From NCBI GenBank assembly GCA_030550025.1, contig JAUQQC010000005.1, positions 138,857 through 202,856 on the forward strand: a DNA stretch of 64,000 nt, read 5' to 3'. Source of the stretch: Acidobacteriota bacterium (lineage in GTDB: Bacteria > Acidobacteriota > Blastocatellia > HR10). Below the pieces are notes generated by a model, which did not search any database, was not told the DNA's origin, and saw only the letters and a program-made list of their open reading frames with translations. A program made the translations under genes and the position numbers. Positions 7,885 to 18,000 of the stretch are shown piece after piece; the first letter of the stretch is position 1, and every line of letters starts with the position of its first letter.

Positions 7885-9714
7885 TCACCGCGCCAGCTTC
7901 ACCTCCGTCCAATACCGATCGTAGAGCACGGTCGTCGGACCCAGGTCCTGCAAGTATTCGCTCCGGCGCAACACCTCGGGGGGGAGAGAGAAGATCGGAT
8001 GCCGTTGCAGCTCCGGACGCAGCCGCGGCCACGCCGAACGGTTGGGCATGAGGTACATGATCTCGTTCATGTTCTCGGCGGCGACGGTCGGGTCCAACAA
8101 GAAATTGATGAACTCATGGGCGAGATCGGGACGCTCGGCCGAGCGCGGGATGCAGAGATTGTCCACGATGAGCGTCGTCCCCTCGCGCGGGATCACGAAC
8201 TCGATGTTCGGATTCTCCCGACGCGCCTTGAGGATCTGTCCATCCCACGCTTGAGCGATCCACGCTTCACCGCTCAAAAGGAGTTGGTCGAAATTCGCAC
8301 TGTCGTAGGCGCGCACGAGCGGCTTCTGTCGGCGCAGCAGATCGCGCGCCTGTCGAAGCTGCTCCGGATCGGTGCTGTTCAGGGAATAGCCGAGAAGCTT
8401 CAACGCGGCGCCGAACACCTCGCGCATGTCATCGAGCATCACGATGCGCTCGCGCCATCGCGCCTCCCAGAGATCAGCCCAGCTCCCGATGGGGGCGGCG
8501 ATCTTGTCCTTCCGGTATCCGATGCCCGTGATCCCACGCGTATAAGGAAGCGAGTAGGTGTTCGTGGGATCGAATGGGAGACCAAGCGCTGAAGGGTCGA
8601 GATGTCGGAGGTTCGGCAGCCGCGTCAGATCGAGCGGTTGCAACAGGTTCTCCCGAATGAGGATGCGCACCATGTAATCGCTCGGGACGATGAGGTCGTA
8701 AGTGACCACGCCCGCCTGCAGCTTCGCCAGGAGCGCTTCGTTGGAATCGTAGGTCTCGATGTTCACTTTGACTCCCGTCTTCTCCTCAAAAGCGCGCACG
8801 ACGCGCGACGAGATATAATTGGACCAGATGAGCACGTTCAACGTCGCGCGCGGGCGCCGCGCGACGCTGTCGCCGAAGGCGAAGCCCACTAATCCCAACA
8901 GGAGGAGCCCGACCAACACCAGATGCGTGCGCGTCATCCCCCGCCGCTCGATGCGGAAGGCCAAGGCCATGAGCGCGAGCGTCACCAGAAGCAGGAGCGT
9001 CGAAATGGCGTTCACCTCGGGCGTGATCCCCGTCTTGATCATCGAATAGATGCGCAAAGGGAGCGTCGTCGCGCCGGCTCCGGCAACGAACGACGTGATG
9101 ACGTAGTCATCGAGCGAGAGGGTGAAGACCAAGAGCGCCGAGGCCGCGATCGCCGGAGCCAGAAGCGGCAGGGTGACCTTCCAAAAGACGCGCCACGGAT
9201 TGGCCCCCAGGTCCATCGCCGCTTCTTCCAATCGCGGATCGAGCGTGGCCAGACGCGCGCGCACGACGAAGAAGACGTAGGAGACGCTGAAGGCGACGTG
9301 AGCGATGAGGACCGTCAGCAACCCGAGCCGCAGACCGATCCAGCCGAAGAAGGTGACCGACGCGAATCCGACGACGATCTCCGGCACGACGATCGGCAAC
9401 ACAAAGAGCGTTTCCGAGAGCGAGCGCAGACGTCCGCGCCATCGCTCCAGCGCGAGCACGGCGCTCGTCCCCAGCGCCGTGGCGATGAGCGTCGTGAGCG
9501 CAGCTATCAGCAAGCTCGTGCGCAGAGCGTCGAGCATCGGCGGATTGCTGAGGGCCGCTTTGTACCACGTCCAAGTGAATCCGCGCCACACGGCCAGAAG
9601 CCGCGAGTCGTTGAAGGAGAAGACGGCCAGCACGAGGATCGGTGCATAGAGGAACAGATAGGTCGCCCCCATCCACACCGCGAGGATCGGCGATGTCCGG
9701 GCACGCGCACTCAT
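7885..9714 (-). CDS. potC: spermidine/putrescine ABC transporter permease PotC fused in frame to periplasmic polyamine-binding protein PotD
   Basis: ORF track 7885..10269. ATG at 9712-9714 (MSARARTSPILAVWMGATYLF...) overlaps the potB stop. About 259-aa permease part with EAAMDLGANPWRVFWKVTLPL, then no stop before MTRTHLVLVGLLLLGLVGFAFG and a 350-aa PotD/PotF-type binding domain (NVLIWSNYISSRVVRAFEEKTGVKVNIETYDSNEALLAKL). PotD part begins at the ATG at 8935-8937. Confidence 0.75.
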   Translation of the reverse strand: MSARARTSPILAVWMGATYLFLYAPILVLAVFSFNDSRLLAVWRGFTWTWYKAALSNPPMLDALRTSLLIAALTTLIATALGTSAVLALERWRGRLRSLSETLFVLPIVVPEIVVGFASVTFFGWIGLRLGLLTVLIAHVAFSVSYVFFVVRARLATLDPRLEEAAMDLGANPWRVFWKVTLPLLAPAIAASALLVFTLSLDDYVITSFVAGAGATTLPLRIYSMIKTGITPEVNAISTLLLLVTLALMALAFRIERRGMTRTHLVLVGLLLLGLVGFAFGDSVARRPRATLNVLIWSNYISSRVVRAFEEKTGVKVNIETYDSNEALLAKLQAGVVTYDLIVPSDYMVRILIRENLLQPLDLTRLPNLRHLDPSALGLPFDPTNTYSLPYTRGITGIGYRKDKIAAPIGSWADLWEARWRERIVMLDDMREVFGAALKLLGYSLNSTDPEQLRQARDLLRRQKPLVRAYDSANFDQLLLSGEAWIAQAWDGQILKARRENPNIEFVIPREGTTLIVDNLCIPRSAERPDLAHEFINFLLDPTVAAENMNEIMYLMPNRSAWPRLRPELQRHPIFSLPPEVLRRSEYLQDLGPTTVLYDRYWTEVKLAR

Positions 9715-10559
9715 CGTCCTCTCCTTGAGCGCGCCGTGCGCGAGGCGATCCACAGCAACGCCAGCACGACGACGACGAGCAGGACCGAGAGCGCTGAGCC
9801 CATCGGTTGATTCCGCTGCACGAACTGATTCTGGATGACCGTGCCGATCATCGCCGACTTCGCCCCGCCGAGCAAATCCGGCGTGATGAATGCCCCCAGG
9901 CTCGGGATGAACACGAGGACGATCCCCGTGATGATCCCCGGCCTCGTCAGCGGGAGCACAATACGCCAGAAGACCTGGCGGCGATTCGCTCCGAGGTCCA
10001 TCGCCGCTTCCATCACGCGCACATCCACGCGCTCCAGCGCCACATAAAGCGGCAGGATCATGAAGGGCAGTTCGCCATAGACCTGTCCGATCACCACGGC
10101 GAAGTCCGAGTAGAGAAGCCAGGAGATCGGACGCTCGATCACCCCCAGAGCGAGCAGCGTCGTATTCACAAAACCTTCCACGCGAAGCAGGAACATCCAC
10201 GCATATGTGCGCAACAGGAAGCTCGTCCAGAAGGGGAGAATCGAGAGGACCAGCAGCAGATTCTTCCACTTCGGATCAGCGCGCAGGGCGATGTAGTAGG
10301 CGACCGGATAGCTGACCACCAGGCAGAGCGCCGTCGTCACCGCCGCCAGGGCGAAGGAACGCCCGTAGACCCAAAGGTAAAGGGGGGCCATCGCCTGCCG
10401 ATAATTCCACAGCCCGAACGTCCACCGCACACCGCCGTAGAGGCCGCGTTCGGCGAAACTCATGACGACGATGAGTCCTAACGGGAGGAGGAAGAACAGG
10501 AGCAACCAGAGGGCAGAAGGGGCGAGCAGCAACCAACGGTTCGCATTCGTCTCCCGCAT
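9711..10559 (-). CDS. potB: spermidine/putrescine ABC transporter permease PotB
   Basis: ORF track. Start set to ATG 10557-10559 (MRETNANRWLLLAP...) just below the potA stop. Permease motif EAAMDLGANRRQVFWRIVLPL. Confidence 0.8.
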   Translation of the reverse strand: MRETNANRWLLLAPSALWLLLFFLLPLGLIVVMSFAERGLYGGVRWTFGLWNYRQAMAPLYLWVYGRSFALAAVTTALCLVVSYPVAYYIALRADPKWKNLLLVLSILPFWTSFLLRTYAWMFLLRVEGFVNTTLLALGVIERPISWLLYSDFAVVIGQVYGELPFMILPLYVALERVDVRVMEAAMDLGANRRQVFWRIVLPLTRPGIITGIVLVFIPSLGAFITPDLLGGAKSAMIGTVIQNQFVQRNQPMGSALSVLLVVVVLALLWIASRTARSRRGR

Positions 10560-10566
10560 TTCGTCC

Positions 10567-11658
10567 TCACCGAGAGAGGACGACGATGCTCTCGCGCGTC
10601 CAGCAGAGGAAGACGCGCTGCCCGTCACGGAAGGCGTCGGCTTTCGAGCCCGGGCGATTCGGCTCGGTCACGGTGACGTAGTGCTCCCCGACGCGCACGC
10701 GCCAATGCGTGGCTTCGCCCAGATACAGGCATTCCTCGATCACCCCCTCCAGTTGCACGAGATCGGTCCGGCGCAACGGGCGCGCGCGCAAGGCGATCTT
10801 CTCCGGGCGAATGGCCACCTGAGCCCGCGAGCCCTCGATTCGCCGCCCGTTAAGCGGGACCCGCACCGTGTGCCCGCACAGCCCCAGGAGCGCATCGCCG
10901 TTCTCACGGTGCAGGATCTCGGCCTCCAAGACATTGGCCGCCCCGAGAAAGGTCGCGACGAAGGCCGTCTCCGGACGCTCGTACACCTCGCGAGGCGTGC
11001 CGATCTGTTGCAGGCGTCCATCGGCGATCACGGCGATCCGATCCGACAGGGCCAGGGCTTCTTCCTGATCGTGCGTGACCAGGAGAAAGCTGATGCCGAC
11101 CTCGCGCTGCAAGCGCTTCAACTCGCGTTGCATCTCTTTGCGAAGTTGGAGATCGAGCGCCGCCAGCGGTTCATCCAGAAGCAGCGCTTCCGGCTCCAGC
11201 ACGAGCGCGCGCGCCAGGGCCACGCGCTGCTGCTCGCCGCCAGACAGCTCGTGCGGCCATCGCCGTTCGTATCCCGAGAGCCGCACCAACTCCAACGCCG
11301 CGGCAACCCGTCGCTCGATCTCCCGTCGCGAGAGCCGCTTCTGCTCCAGTCCGAAAGCGACGTTCCGATACACGTTCAGGTGTGGGAAGAGGACATATTG
11401 CTGGAAGACCGTGTGCACGCGCCGCCGATAGGGGGGGACGTCGGTCACGTCTTCACCGCCCAAATACACGCGCCCGTCATCCGGTCGTTCCAACCCGGCG
11501 ATCACCCGCAAGAGCGTCGTCTTCCCCGAGCCCGAAGGACCGAGCAACGTGAGGAACTCGCCGCGTTCGACTTCCAACGAGACCGCCTCAAGCGCTGTGA
11601 CCGCACCGTAGCGCTTGGTCACGCCCTCCACGCGAATCGCACTGGTTGCGGTCGCCAT
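10567..11658 (-). CDS. potA: spermidine/putrescine ABC transporter ATP-binding protein PotA
   Basis: ORF track 363 aa. Walker A GPSGSGKTTLLR, signature LSGGEQQRVALARAL, Walker B LLLDEPLAALD, C-terminal regulatory domain. Confidence 0.85.
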   Translation of the reverse strand: MATATSAIRVEGVTKRYGAVTALEAVSLEVERGEFLTLLGPSGSGKTTLLRVIAGLERPDDGRVYLGGEDVTDVPPYRRRVHTVFQQYVLFPHLNVYRNVAFGLEQKRLSRREIERRVAAALELVRLSGYERRWPHELSGGEQQRVALARALVLEPEALLLDEPLAALDLQLRKEMQRELKRLQREVGISFLLVTHDQEEALALSDRIAVIADGRLQQIGTPREVYERPETAFVATFLGAANVLEAEILHRENGDALLGLCGHTVRVPLNGRRIEGSRAQVAIRPEKIALRARPLRRTDLVQLEGVIEECLYLGEATHWRVRVGEHYVTVTEPNRPGSKADAFRDGQRVFLCWTRESIVVLSR

Positions 11659-11786
11659 CGTTCGTCTTCGGGGCTATAAAATAAACGAGTCGGCAGGTCC
11701 GGCGCAAGCCTCCGAAGATGCGAACACCGCGCGGCGGTGAGCGTTTCCTCGCCGAAGGCGCTGCGCGCGCTCGAAGCGGCTCTCTC

Positions 11787-12368
11787 TCAGGGGACGTCGC
11801 CGAAGGCCCCCTCGATCAGTTCGCACAAGATGTGGCCGAGCGTGATATGCGTCTCTTGAATGCGCGCCGTCTCTTCCGAGGGGACGACGAGCGGCACATC
11901 CACGAGCCGTCCGACCGGACCCCCGTCGCGCCCCAGCAGGCCAATCGTGCGCAGACCGAGCCGTCGCGCCGTCTCCACAGCGCGCACGACATTGGGCGAA
12001 CGACCGCTCGTGCTGATGGCGACGGCGACATCGCCCGGTTCCCCGAGCGCCTCGATCTGTCGGCTGAAGACGTCCTCGAACGAAGTGTCGTTGGCGATCG
12101 AGGTCAGAATGGACGTATCCGTCGTCAGCGCCAGAGCGGCGAGCGCTGGACGCTCCCGCCGATAGCGATTGACCAATTCCGCGGCCAGATGCTGCGCATC
12201 GGCCGCGCTGCCGCCGTTCCCGAAAAAGAGGACCTTATGGCCGGCGCGCAGCGCGGCGATCATCAGCTCGGCCGCGCGCGCCACTTCCTCGGCATGCGCT
12301 TCGAAGAAGCGCTCTTTCACGCGCACGGATTCGCGAGCCGAGGCTTTGATGCGTTCGACGGTCGTCAT
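11787..12368 (-). CDS. SIS-domain phosphoheptose isomerase (GmhA-like)
   Basis: ORF track 193 aa. [20 protein letters not shown] and [15 protein letters not shown] are typical of GmhA/DiaA SIS proteins. Confidence 0.65.
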   Translation of the reverse strand: MTTVERIKASARESVRVKERFFEAHAEEVARAAELMIAALRAGHKVLFFGNGGSAADAQHLAAELVNRYRRERPALAALALTTDTSILTSIANDTSFEDVFSRQIEALGEPGDVAVAISTSGRSPNVVRAVETARRLGLRTIGLLGRDGGPVGRLVDVPLVVPSEETARIQETHITLGHILCELIEGAFGDVP

Positions 12369-12396
12369 AGCGAGCCCTCGCGCACGTGGTGCATGC

Positions 12397-14874
12397 CTAC
12401 CGGAAAATATCGCGCCAGGCGGCGACGCCCCCCCAATTCAGCCGCGCGCCCACGCGGAAATTGAGCTTCGGCGCGGGATAGCCGAAGACCTCCGTATACC
12501 GCTGATTCAACACGTTCTCAATGACGGCCACAAGCGTGAGGCGATCGTGCGGCCGAACGCTCAGGCTCACGTCCAGCTTCTGATACCCCGGATTCAGATT
12601 GCGATTCGGCAGAAGCATCGAGGGGCCGAAGAAGGGGTCCGAGAGGAACGTGCTCGTGTCACGGCGGCCGACGAACGATCCGACGACCGCCGCGCTCCAG
12701 CGCGAGCGCGCCCACCCTAGGAGCAGACTCCCCACATGGGGAGGGCGTTGAAAGGGACGCGCGCCCACCAGCGGCGCGAACGCGCCGATGGGAATGCCAG
12801 GGAACGCCGGATTGAAGGAAGGTCGTAACGCATCGCTGGAGAACGAGCGCAGAATCTTCGCATCCACGTAGGTGTAACTCCCGCGCGCCATGAGCCCGTG
12901 GCCGAGATCGGCCAGCAGCTCGACCTCCGCACCGCGCGCGCGAAACGTCTGCGCGTTCACGTTCGCCCCAAACGGCGTCGCCTGCGCGACTTCGGCCGGA
13001 ACCCCAAGCTGCACAAGCGCCGATCGCGAGAGGAATTCGATCACGTTCTCGAACCGATTGTGAAAGAGCACAAGCGACAGGCGCGCGTGATTCCACCCGA
13101 AGTTCTGATCCAGACCGACCTCGAAGCTGCGATTGCGCTCCGGTCCGATGGGCGCGATCCGAAAGCGCGCGATCAGCGCTTCGCCCGATTCCCCCAGGCG
13201 GCGCAGCACGGCGAAGAGCGACGATCCCTCCTGGAAGATGCTCGGCTCCTTGATGCCCGTGCCGAAATAGAACCGCAGCTTCATCTCGTTCCACCAGGAC
13301 GATGTCTCCCCGCGTCGCAGCACATACGCCAGCGAGACGCGCGGATTCGCGTCCACGCCGAACACAGCATTATCCTCGATGCCCACGCCCGCCGTCACAA
13401 ACAATCGCGCCACCCAATTATACTGGCCCTGGAGGAAGTAGCTGAAATTATTCCGCGCGACGCGTTGCGCGCCCGAACGACCGCGCTCGTTCTCGTAGCG
13501 AAAACCAAACGTGCCCGTGAACGCCTCCCCCACCGATACATCCGATTGCGCGAAGAGCGATTGTCGTACCGTGTCGGTCACGAACGTTTGCGGATAGACG
13601 CCGCCGAAGTCCAGGATCGCGCGCCCGCTCACGCGAAATCCGTTCCCCCCGACGATGGTGACCGGGGCGCCGAGATACACCGGGCCGAAGCCGAAGGGAT
13701 CAAAGGGTTCACCCGTCGGCGCCGGATTCGTGAAACGACTCATCGAATGGACCGAGGAGAAGCGGATCTGATTCTGCCAACGGCGCATCGCATGATGCCG
13801 TCCGCTCAGCACCACGTAAGTCTCGCGCCCGCGCATAGTGGAATCATCGGGAATGCCGTAGAAGTCGAGCGCATTGGGCACGCCGAGCGCCATCACCGTG
13901 TGACGGAGCACCAGGCGAACCTCCGACGCGACGCTCGGTTGCCAGCCGAAATTCCCGGCATACGTCCCGTTGTGGTAGGCGTGATGGGGAAGGTGATTGT
14001 CCGTGTCGTAGCGACTGAAACTCGAAGCGTAATCGAACGCGCGAGCCGCTCCGGATAAGGACACCTCCTGCCGCAGGCTGCGATAGCTTCCCCCTTCGAT
14101 GGCATACCCGAACACAGGGATGCGCGCGTGCTCTCGTCCGCGACGGGTGAAGATTTGGAGGACACCACTTGTGGCATCCGATCCATAGAGGACGCTGTTG
14201 GGATTTCGCATGACCTCGACCCGTTCGATTTGCGTCCCCACGAGCGTGGAGAAGTCGAAGAAGCCACCGATCTGATTGATCGGCGCGCCATCGAGCAACA
14301 CCTTAGTGAAGCTGCTGTTCCCCCCCCGCACGAAGAGGCTCGCCTGTCCCCCGCGTCCCCCAGTCTGCGCGACATGCAGGCCGGGGATGAGCCGAAGGAG
14401 CTCCAGGACATGCACCTTCGCCTGACGCCGGAAGTCGTCCTCTTCCACCACGGCGACCGAGGCGCCCAATTGCGCTCGCGGGACTTCGGTCCCCGTCGCC
14501 GTCACGACGATCTCCTCCCGCAACGGGCCAACCGAGAGCATGACGTCCAGGACGCGCACGGCATTCGCCGGCACGAAGACGTTCGAAATCGTGCGCGGCG
14601 CAAACCCCTCTCGTTCCACGCGAAGGTCGTAGAGGCCGCCGGCCAGTCCCGCAAACCGATAGCGTCCGCTCTCGTCCGCGCTCGCGCGCGCGACCTGCTG
14701 CCCATCCCGAAGGAGCACGATGGAAGCTCCGGGAAGGACGGCACCAAGTGGATCGGTGATCCGTCCCTCGAGCGCGCCACCGGGTGCGCGCTGCCCGGCG
14801 AAGACCGATGCGCACAGAAGAAGACCACCCAGGATCCATCCGACGCTCGAAAGCATCTGCCGATTTTTTCGCAT
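12397..14874 (-). CDS. TonB-dependent outer-membrane receptor with N-terminal carboxypeptidase-regulatory-like domain (probable cobalamin receptor by context)
   Basis: ORF track. Start set to ATG 14872-14874 ([17 protein letters not shown]...) with AGGGAG RBS, just below the upstream ATPase stop. Signal peptide, [19 protein letters not shown]...GRYRF domain, TonB-box-like EEIVVTATG, plug and beta-barrel, C-terminal aromatic residue. Confidence 0.8.
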   Translation of the reverse strand: MRKNRQMLSSVGWILGGLLLCASVFAGQRAPGGALEGRITDPLGAVLPGASIVLLRDGQQVARASADESGRYRFAGLAGGLYDLRVEREGFAPRTISNVFVPANAVRVLDVMLSVGPLREEIVVTATGTEVPRAQLGASVAVVEEDDFRRQAKVHVLELLRLIPGLHVAQTGGRGGQASLFVRGGNSSFTKVLLDGAPINQIGGFFDFSTLVGTQIERVEVMRNPNSVLYGSDATSGVLQIFTRRGREHARIPVFGYAIEGGSYRSLRQEVSLSGAARAFDYASSFSRYDTDNHLPHHAYHNGTYAGNFGWQPSVASEVRLVLRHTVMALGVPNALDFYGIPDDSTMRGRETYVVLSGRHHAMRRWQNQIRFSSVHSMSRFTNPAPTGEPFDPFGFGPVYLGAPVTIVGGNGFRVSGRAILDFGGVYPQTFVTDTVRQSLFAQSDVSVGEAFTGTFGFRYENERGRSGAQRVARNNFSYFLQGQYNWVARLFVTAGVGIEDNAVFGVDANPRVSLAYVLRRGETSSWWNEMKLRFYFGTGIKEPSIFQEGSSLFAVLRRLGESGEALIARFRIAPIGPERNRSFEVGLDQNFGWNHARLSLVLFHNRFENVIEFLSRSALVQLGVPAEVAQATPFGANVNAQTFRARGAEVELLADLGHGLMARGSYTYVDAKILRSFSSDALRPSFNPAFPGIPIGAFAPLVGARPFQRPPHVGSLLLGWARSRWSAAVVGSFVGRRDTSTFLSDPFFGPSMLLPNRNLNPGYQKLDVSLSVRPHDRLTLVAVIENVLNQRYTEVFGYPAPKLNFRVGARLNWGGVAAWRDIFR

Positions 14875-14896
14875 CTCCCTCCTCCCTGACAAAAAT

Positions 14897-15760
14897 TCAG
14901 CGCTCCCGCTGGAGCACGAACTTCGGAGCGGACGCCGCTCCATTGGTGCGCTCACCCGATGGATTGCCGCCTCGATCAGGGATCGGCCCCACGAAGGTGA
15001 TCCGCGGCGCTCCGCTCAGTGGATGGCGATCCACGAGGAACTCCGCCTCGAAGGCCTGCCGGAGTCTCTCTTCAGTGAACACTTCATGAGGCGGCCCACA
15101 GGCGATCACCTGCCCATCCTTCAACAACAGCACGCGGTCGGCGAATTCGGCCACGAGATTCAGCTCGTGCGCGATGAAGACCGTCGAGAGCGCGCGCTCG
15201 CGCGTAATCCGTCGGATGAGCGCGAGCATCTCGACTTGAAAGCGCACATCCAGATTCGCCGTCGGCTCATCCAACAGCAGCGCGCGGGGTTCCCCGGCGA
15301 GAGCGCGCGCCAGGACCACGCGCTGCCGCTCGCCTCCGGAGAGTTCGGCAAGCTCCCGATCCTTGAATTCCAACGCGCGCATGAGGCGGAGCGCCGAGAG
15401 CGCGATCTGCCGGTCCCGCTCGCTCTCGAAGCCGAAGCCATTCGAATACGGGAACCGCGCGTGCAGGACGTATTCGAGCACGGTCATCGGAAAGCCGAGC
15501 TTCGGCTCCTGGAGGACGACGCCAAACCGTTGCGCCAACTCGCGAGGAGAGAAATGCCCAAGCGGCTTCCCCTCCCACAGAACCTCGCCTCGCTGCGGGC
15601 GCAGCAGCCCACGCATCAGTCGGAGCAGCGTCGTCTTCCCCGATCCATTCGGGCCGATCACGGCGACGAGTTCTCCCGAAGCGACGACGAGCGAGACGCC
15701 AGCGAGCACCGGTCGAGCGCTCCGTTCATAGGCGAACGTGACGTCGCGCACTTGGAGCAT
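14897..15760 (-). CDS. ABC transporter ATP-binding protein, FecE/BtuD family
   Basis: ORF track 287 aa. Walker A GPNGSGKTTLLR, signature LSGGERQRVVLARAL, Walker B LLLDEPTANLD. Confidence 0.85.
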   Translation of the reverse strand: MLQVRDVTFAYERSARPVLAGVSLVVASGELVAVIGPNGSGKTTLLRLMRGLLRPQRGEVLWEGKPLGHFSPRELAQRFGVVLQEPKLGFPMTVLEYVLHARFPYSNGFGFESERDRQIALSALRLMRALEFKDRELAELSGGERQRVVLARALAGEPRALLLDEPTANLDVRFQVEMLALIRRITRERALSTVFIAHELNLVAEFADRVLLLKDGQVIACGPPHEVFTEERLRQAFEAEFLVDRHPLSGAPRITFVGPIPDRGGNPSGERTNGAASAPKFVLQRER

Positions 15761-15763
15761 CGC

Positions 15764-16834
15764 TCATGCCCTCCGCAAAAGGAGGATGAAAAACGGCGCG
15801 CCCAGCGACGCCATCACCGCGCCGACGGGCAACTCGCGCGGCGCCAGCGCCGTCCGCGCCACCGCATCGGCGAGCACAACGAGAATCGCACCCGAGAGCG
15901 CAGCTGCCGGGATCACCAACCGATTGTCGCTCCCCCAGAGCATGCGCACAAGATGCGGCACCAAAAGCCCGACGAACCCGATTGCGCCGGCCACTGAGAC
16001 AATCGTCCCGGCCAGCAACGACGCCAGCAGATAAGCCGCCGTCTTCACGCGCTCCACGTCCACGCCAAGCACGCGCGCGTCCTCTTCCCCCACCATGAGG
16101 AGGTTCAACCGGCGCGCGTGCGCATACGCCACGGCGGCTGCCCCAAAGACGATCCCGAGGACGAGTGGGAGCAGACCGTTCCCCCCTCCGCTCAGATCGC
16201 CCATCATCCAGAAGGTGAGCCCGCGCAGATGCGGATTCGGCACCAGAGCGAGCACAAGCGCGACCGCTGACCACAGCAGCGTCGCCAAGATCAACCCGGC
16301 GAGGACGAGACGTTCGGTGGAGATCCCCGTCCGACCGCGGCTCAGTCCGTAGACGAGCGCCGTCACCAGCGCGGCTCCAGTGAAGGCGAGCAACGGACGC
16401 AGAAGCGGCAGCTCCGCAAAGCCTAGGACGGCGAAGATCGCGCCAAGCGCCGCTCCACCGGAGATGCCAAGCACATACGGTTCGGCCAGGGGATTCCGGA
16501 GCAGCGCCTGAAGCAAGACCCCAGCGACGGCCAGCGCCGCACCGGCTGCAAGCCCCAGCAGAACGCGCGGCCCTCGAATTCGCCACACGATCGTGTCCGA
16601 GACGGTCGGCTCTCCCGCGCCGCCGAATAGATGCGTCCGCAAGACCTCCGCCACGGCCTCGCGCGACACAGGCTCGCTCCCCATATGAAGGGCGGCCGTC
16701 GCGATGAGCAACAGCAGCAGCGCAAGCACCCCGCAGACGACGGCGACTTTCTTCGGCGTGGCTGGCCCGCGCTCAAAAAGCGAGCGCCCCAAGACACGAT
16801 GCGCTTCCACCATCGCCAAGCGGTAGCGGATCAT
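15764..16834 (-). CDS. ABC transporter permease, FecCD/BtuC family
   Basis: ORF track 356 aa polytopic membrane protein of the FecCD type (RLVLAGLILATLLWS, GAIGFVGLLVPHLVRML). Start overlaps the upstream stop. Confidence 0.85.
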   Translation of the reverse strand: MIRYRLAMVEAHRVLGRSLFERGPATPKKVAVVCGVLALLLLLIATAALHMGSEPVSREAVAEVLRTHLFGGAGEPTVSDTIVWRIRGPRVLLGLAAGAALAVAGVLLQALLRNPLAEPYVLGISGGAALGAIFAVLGFAELPLLRPLLAFTGAALVTALVYGLSRGRTGISTERLVLAGLILATLLWSAVALVLALVPNPHLRGLTFWMMGDLSGGGNGLLPLVLGIVFGAAAVAYAHARRLNLLMVGEEDARVLGVDVERVKTAAYLLASLLAGTIVSVAGAIGFVGLLVPHLVRMLWGSDNRLVIPAAALSGAILVVLADAVARTALAPRELPVGAVMASLGAPFFILLLRRA

Positions 16835-17754
16835 CGAAAGGCCTCCGGATGAAGGACGCGCGCCAGTTCCTCGACGCCCTCGATGAGCCGAGGCCCGGGA
16901 CGCATGAGCAGATCAGTGTGGATCGCATAGACGCGCCCACGCCGCAACGCCGGCGTCGTCTCAAGCTCCGGCCAGCGCATGTCCGCGAGCCGACGCGTAG
17001 TGCGCTCGCGCGAAGGGAGAATGATCACCTCCGGAGCGCGCGCGAGGACAGTCTCCAAACTGTAGGGCGTCCATTCCCGCTCGGCGTCGGCCGTGATGGA
17101 TTGACCGCCCGCCTGCTCGACGAGATCGGTCATGAAGGCGCCGCGCCCAGGGACGATCAACGGATCGCGCTGAATGACCATGAGGACGCGCGGCCGCGGC
17201 CGCCCGCGCACTCTCGCGCGAATGTCCTCCAGTCGAGCGCGCAGCGCGCGCACCACGCGCTCGGCCTCCTCGCGGCGCCCTGTGATCTCACCCAGGTTCT
17301 CGAGCGAACGCAGGACGTCCTCCACGCGATCAGCATTCACGACATAGAGGGGAACGCCAACCTCCTCCAATCTTCGGGCGAATCGCTCCAGTTGCGTCGC
17401 CGTCGAGATGATGACCAGATCCGGCCGCAGCGCCAGGATCCGCTCCAAACTCGGGTTGAGGACATCGCCGACCTTCTCCTTGGCGCGCGCAGCCGGAGGA
17501 TAATCGCAGTAGCTGGTCACACCCACGACGCGCTCCCCCAAATCGAGCGCAAAGAGCATCTCGGTGACGCTGGGGGCGAGCGAGATCAAGCGCTGCGGAG
17601 AGGGCGGAATCGCCACGCGCCGGCCGATCTCATCGGTGACGATCCGAAGCTCCGCAGATCGAGGCGCGCCCTCTTGTGAGGAGAGGGGACGACAAGCCCA
17701 CAAGAGGAGAAGCAGGATGGGGAGGAGAAGAAAAGCTCGCATTGACGTTGGCAT
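16831..17754 (-). CDS. periplasmic substrate-binding protein, BtuF-like (cobalamin/siderophore class)
   Basis: ORF track. Start set to ATG 17752-17754 (MPTSMRAFLLLPILLLLLWACRP signal peptide). RLISLAPSVTEMLFALDLGERVVGVTSYCDYP is typical of BtuF-like binding proteins. Sits directly downstream of the riboswitch. Confidence 0.75.
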   Translation of the reverse strand: MPTSMRAFLLLPILLLLLWACRPLSSQEGAPRSAELRIVTDEIGRRVAIPPSPQRLISLAPSVTEMLFALDLGERVVGVTSYCDYPPAARAKEKVGDVLNPSLERILALRPDLVIISTATQLERFARRLEEVGVPLYVVNADRVEDVLRSLENLGEITGRREEAERVVRALRARLEDIRARVRGRPRPRVLMVIQRDPLIVPGRGAFMTDLVEQAGGQSITADAEREWTPYSLETVLARAPEVIILPSRERTTRRLADMRWPELETTPALRRGRVYAIHTDLLMRPGPRLIEGVEELARVLHPEAFR

Positions 17755-17789
17755 CCCAGCGTCACCTCGCGCCAGTTTCTGCCACACGC

Positions 17790-18000
17790 GAGCGGGCAGG
17801 TCTCCTGACTGAGTCCCTGGCTCATCCGCGCGATGAGCAGGTCAGCGCCTTCCCAACCCCTTCGGGCCAGTGGCCTGAGTGCCGACCATGCGGGACATCA
17901 CAGTGGCGAGGGCCGTGCCGGATTCGCACCGGACTTCCCTATTCTCCCGAAGTACCCTCATGCCTGCAGGCCTTCGGGCACCCGCCGCGTTGTGAAAGAA
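17790..18000 (-). promoter_or_regulatory. cobalamin (B12) riboswitch
   Basis: Minus-strand RNA reads ...GGTGCCCGAAGG...AGGGAAGTCCGGTGCGAATCCGGCACGGCCCTCGCCACTGTGATG...GGCCACTGGCCCGAAGGGGTTGGGAAGGCG...TCAGGAGACCTGCCCGC. B12 box GCCACTG is the complement of 17901-17907. Directly 5' of the BtuF-like start. Boundaries approximate. Confidence 0.7.

Noticed and set aside
9715-10269. 185-codon N-terminal extension of the 794-aa track ORF
   Set aside because: It overlaps potB in another frame and is Arg/Gly-rich; the ATG at 9714 overlaps the potB stop and gives a normal PotC N-terminus.
10462-11679. 405-aa ORF on the plus strand
   Set aside because: Antisense to potA, which has Walker A, signature and Walker B motifs.
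12898-14058. 386-aa ORF on the plus strand
   Set aside because: Antisense to the TonB-dependent receptor gene, which has clear TonB box and barrel features; the plus-strand product is Arg/His-rich with no domain resemblance.
14720-15997. 425-aa ORF on the plus strand
   Set aside because: Antisense to the ABC ATPase and permease genes with intact Walker and permease motifs; compositionally non-protein-like.
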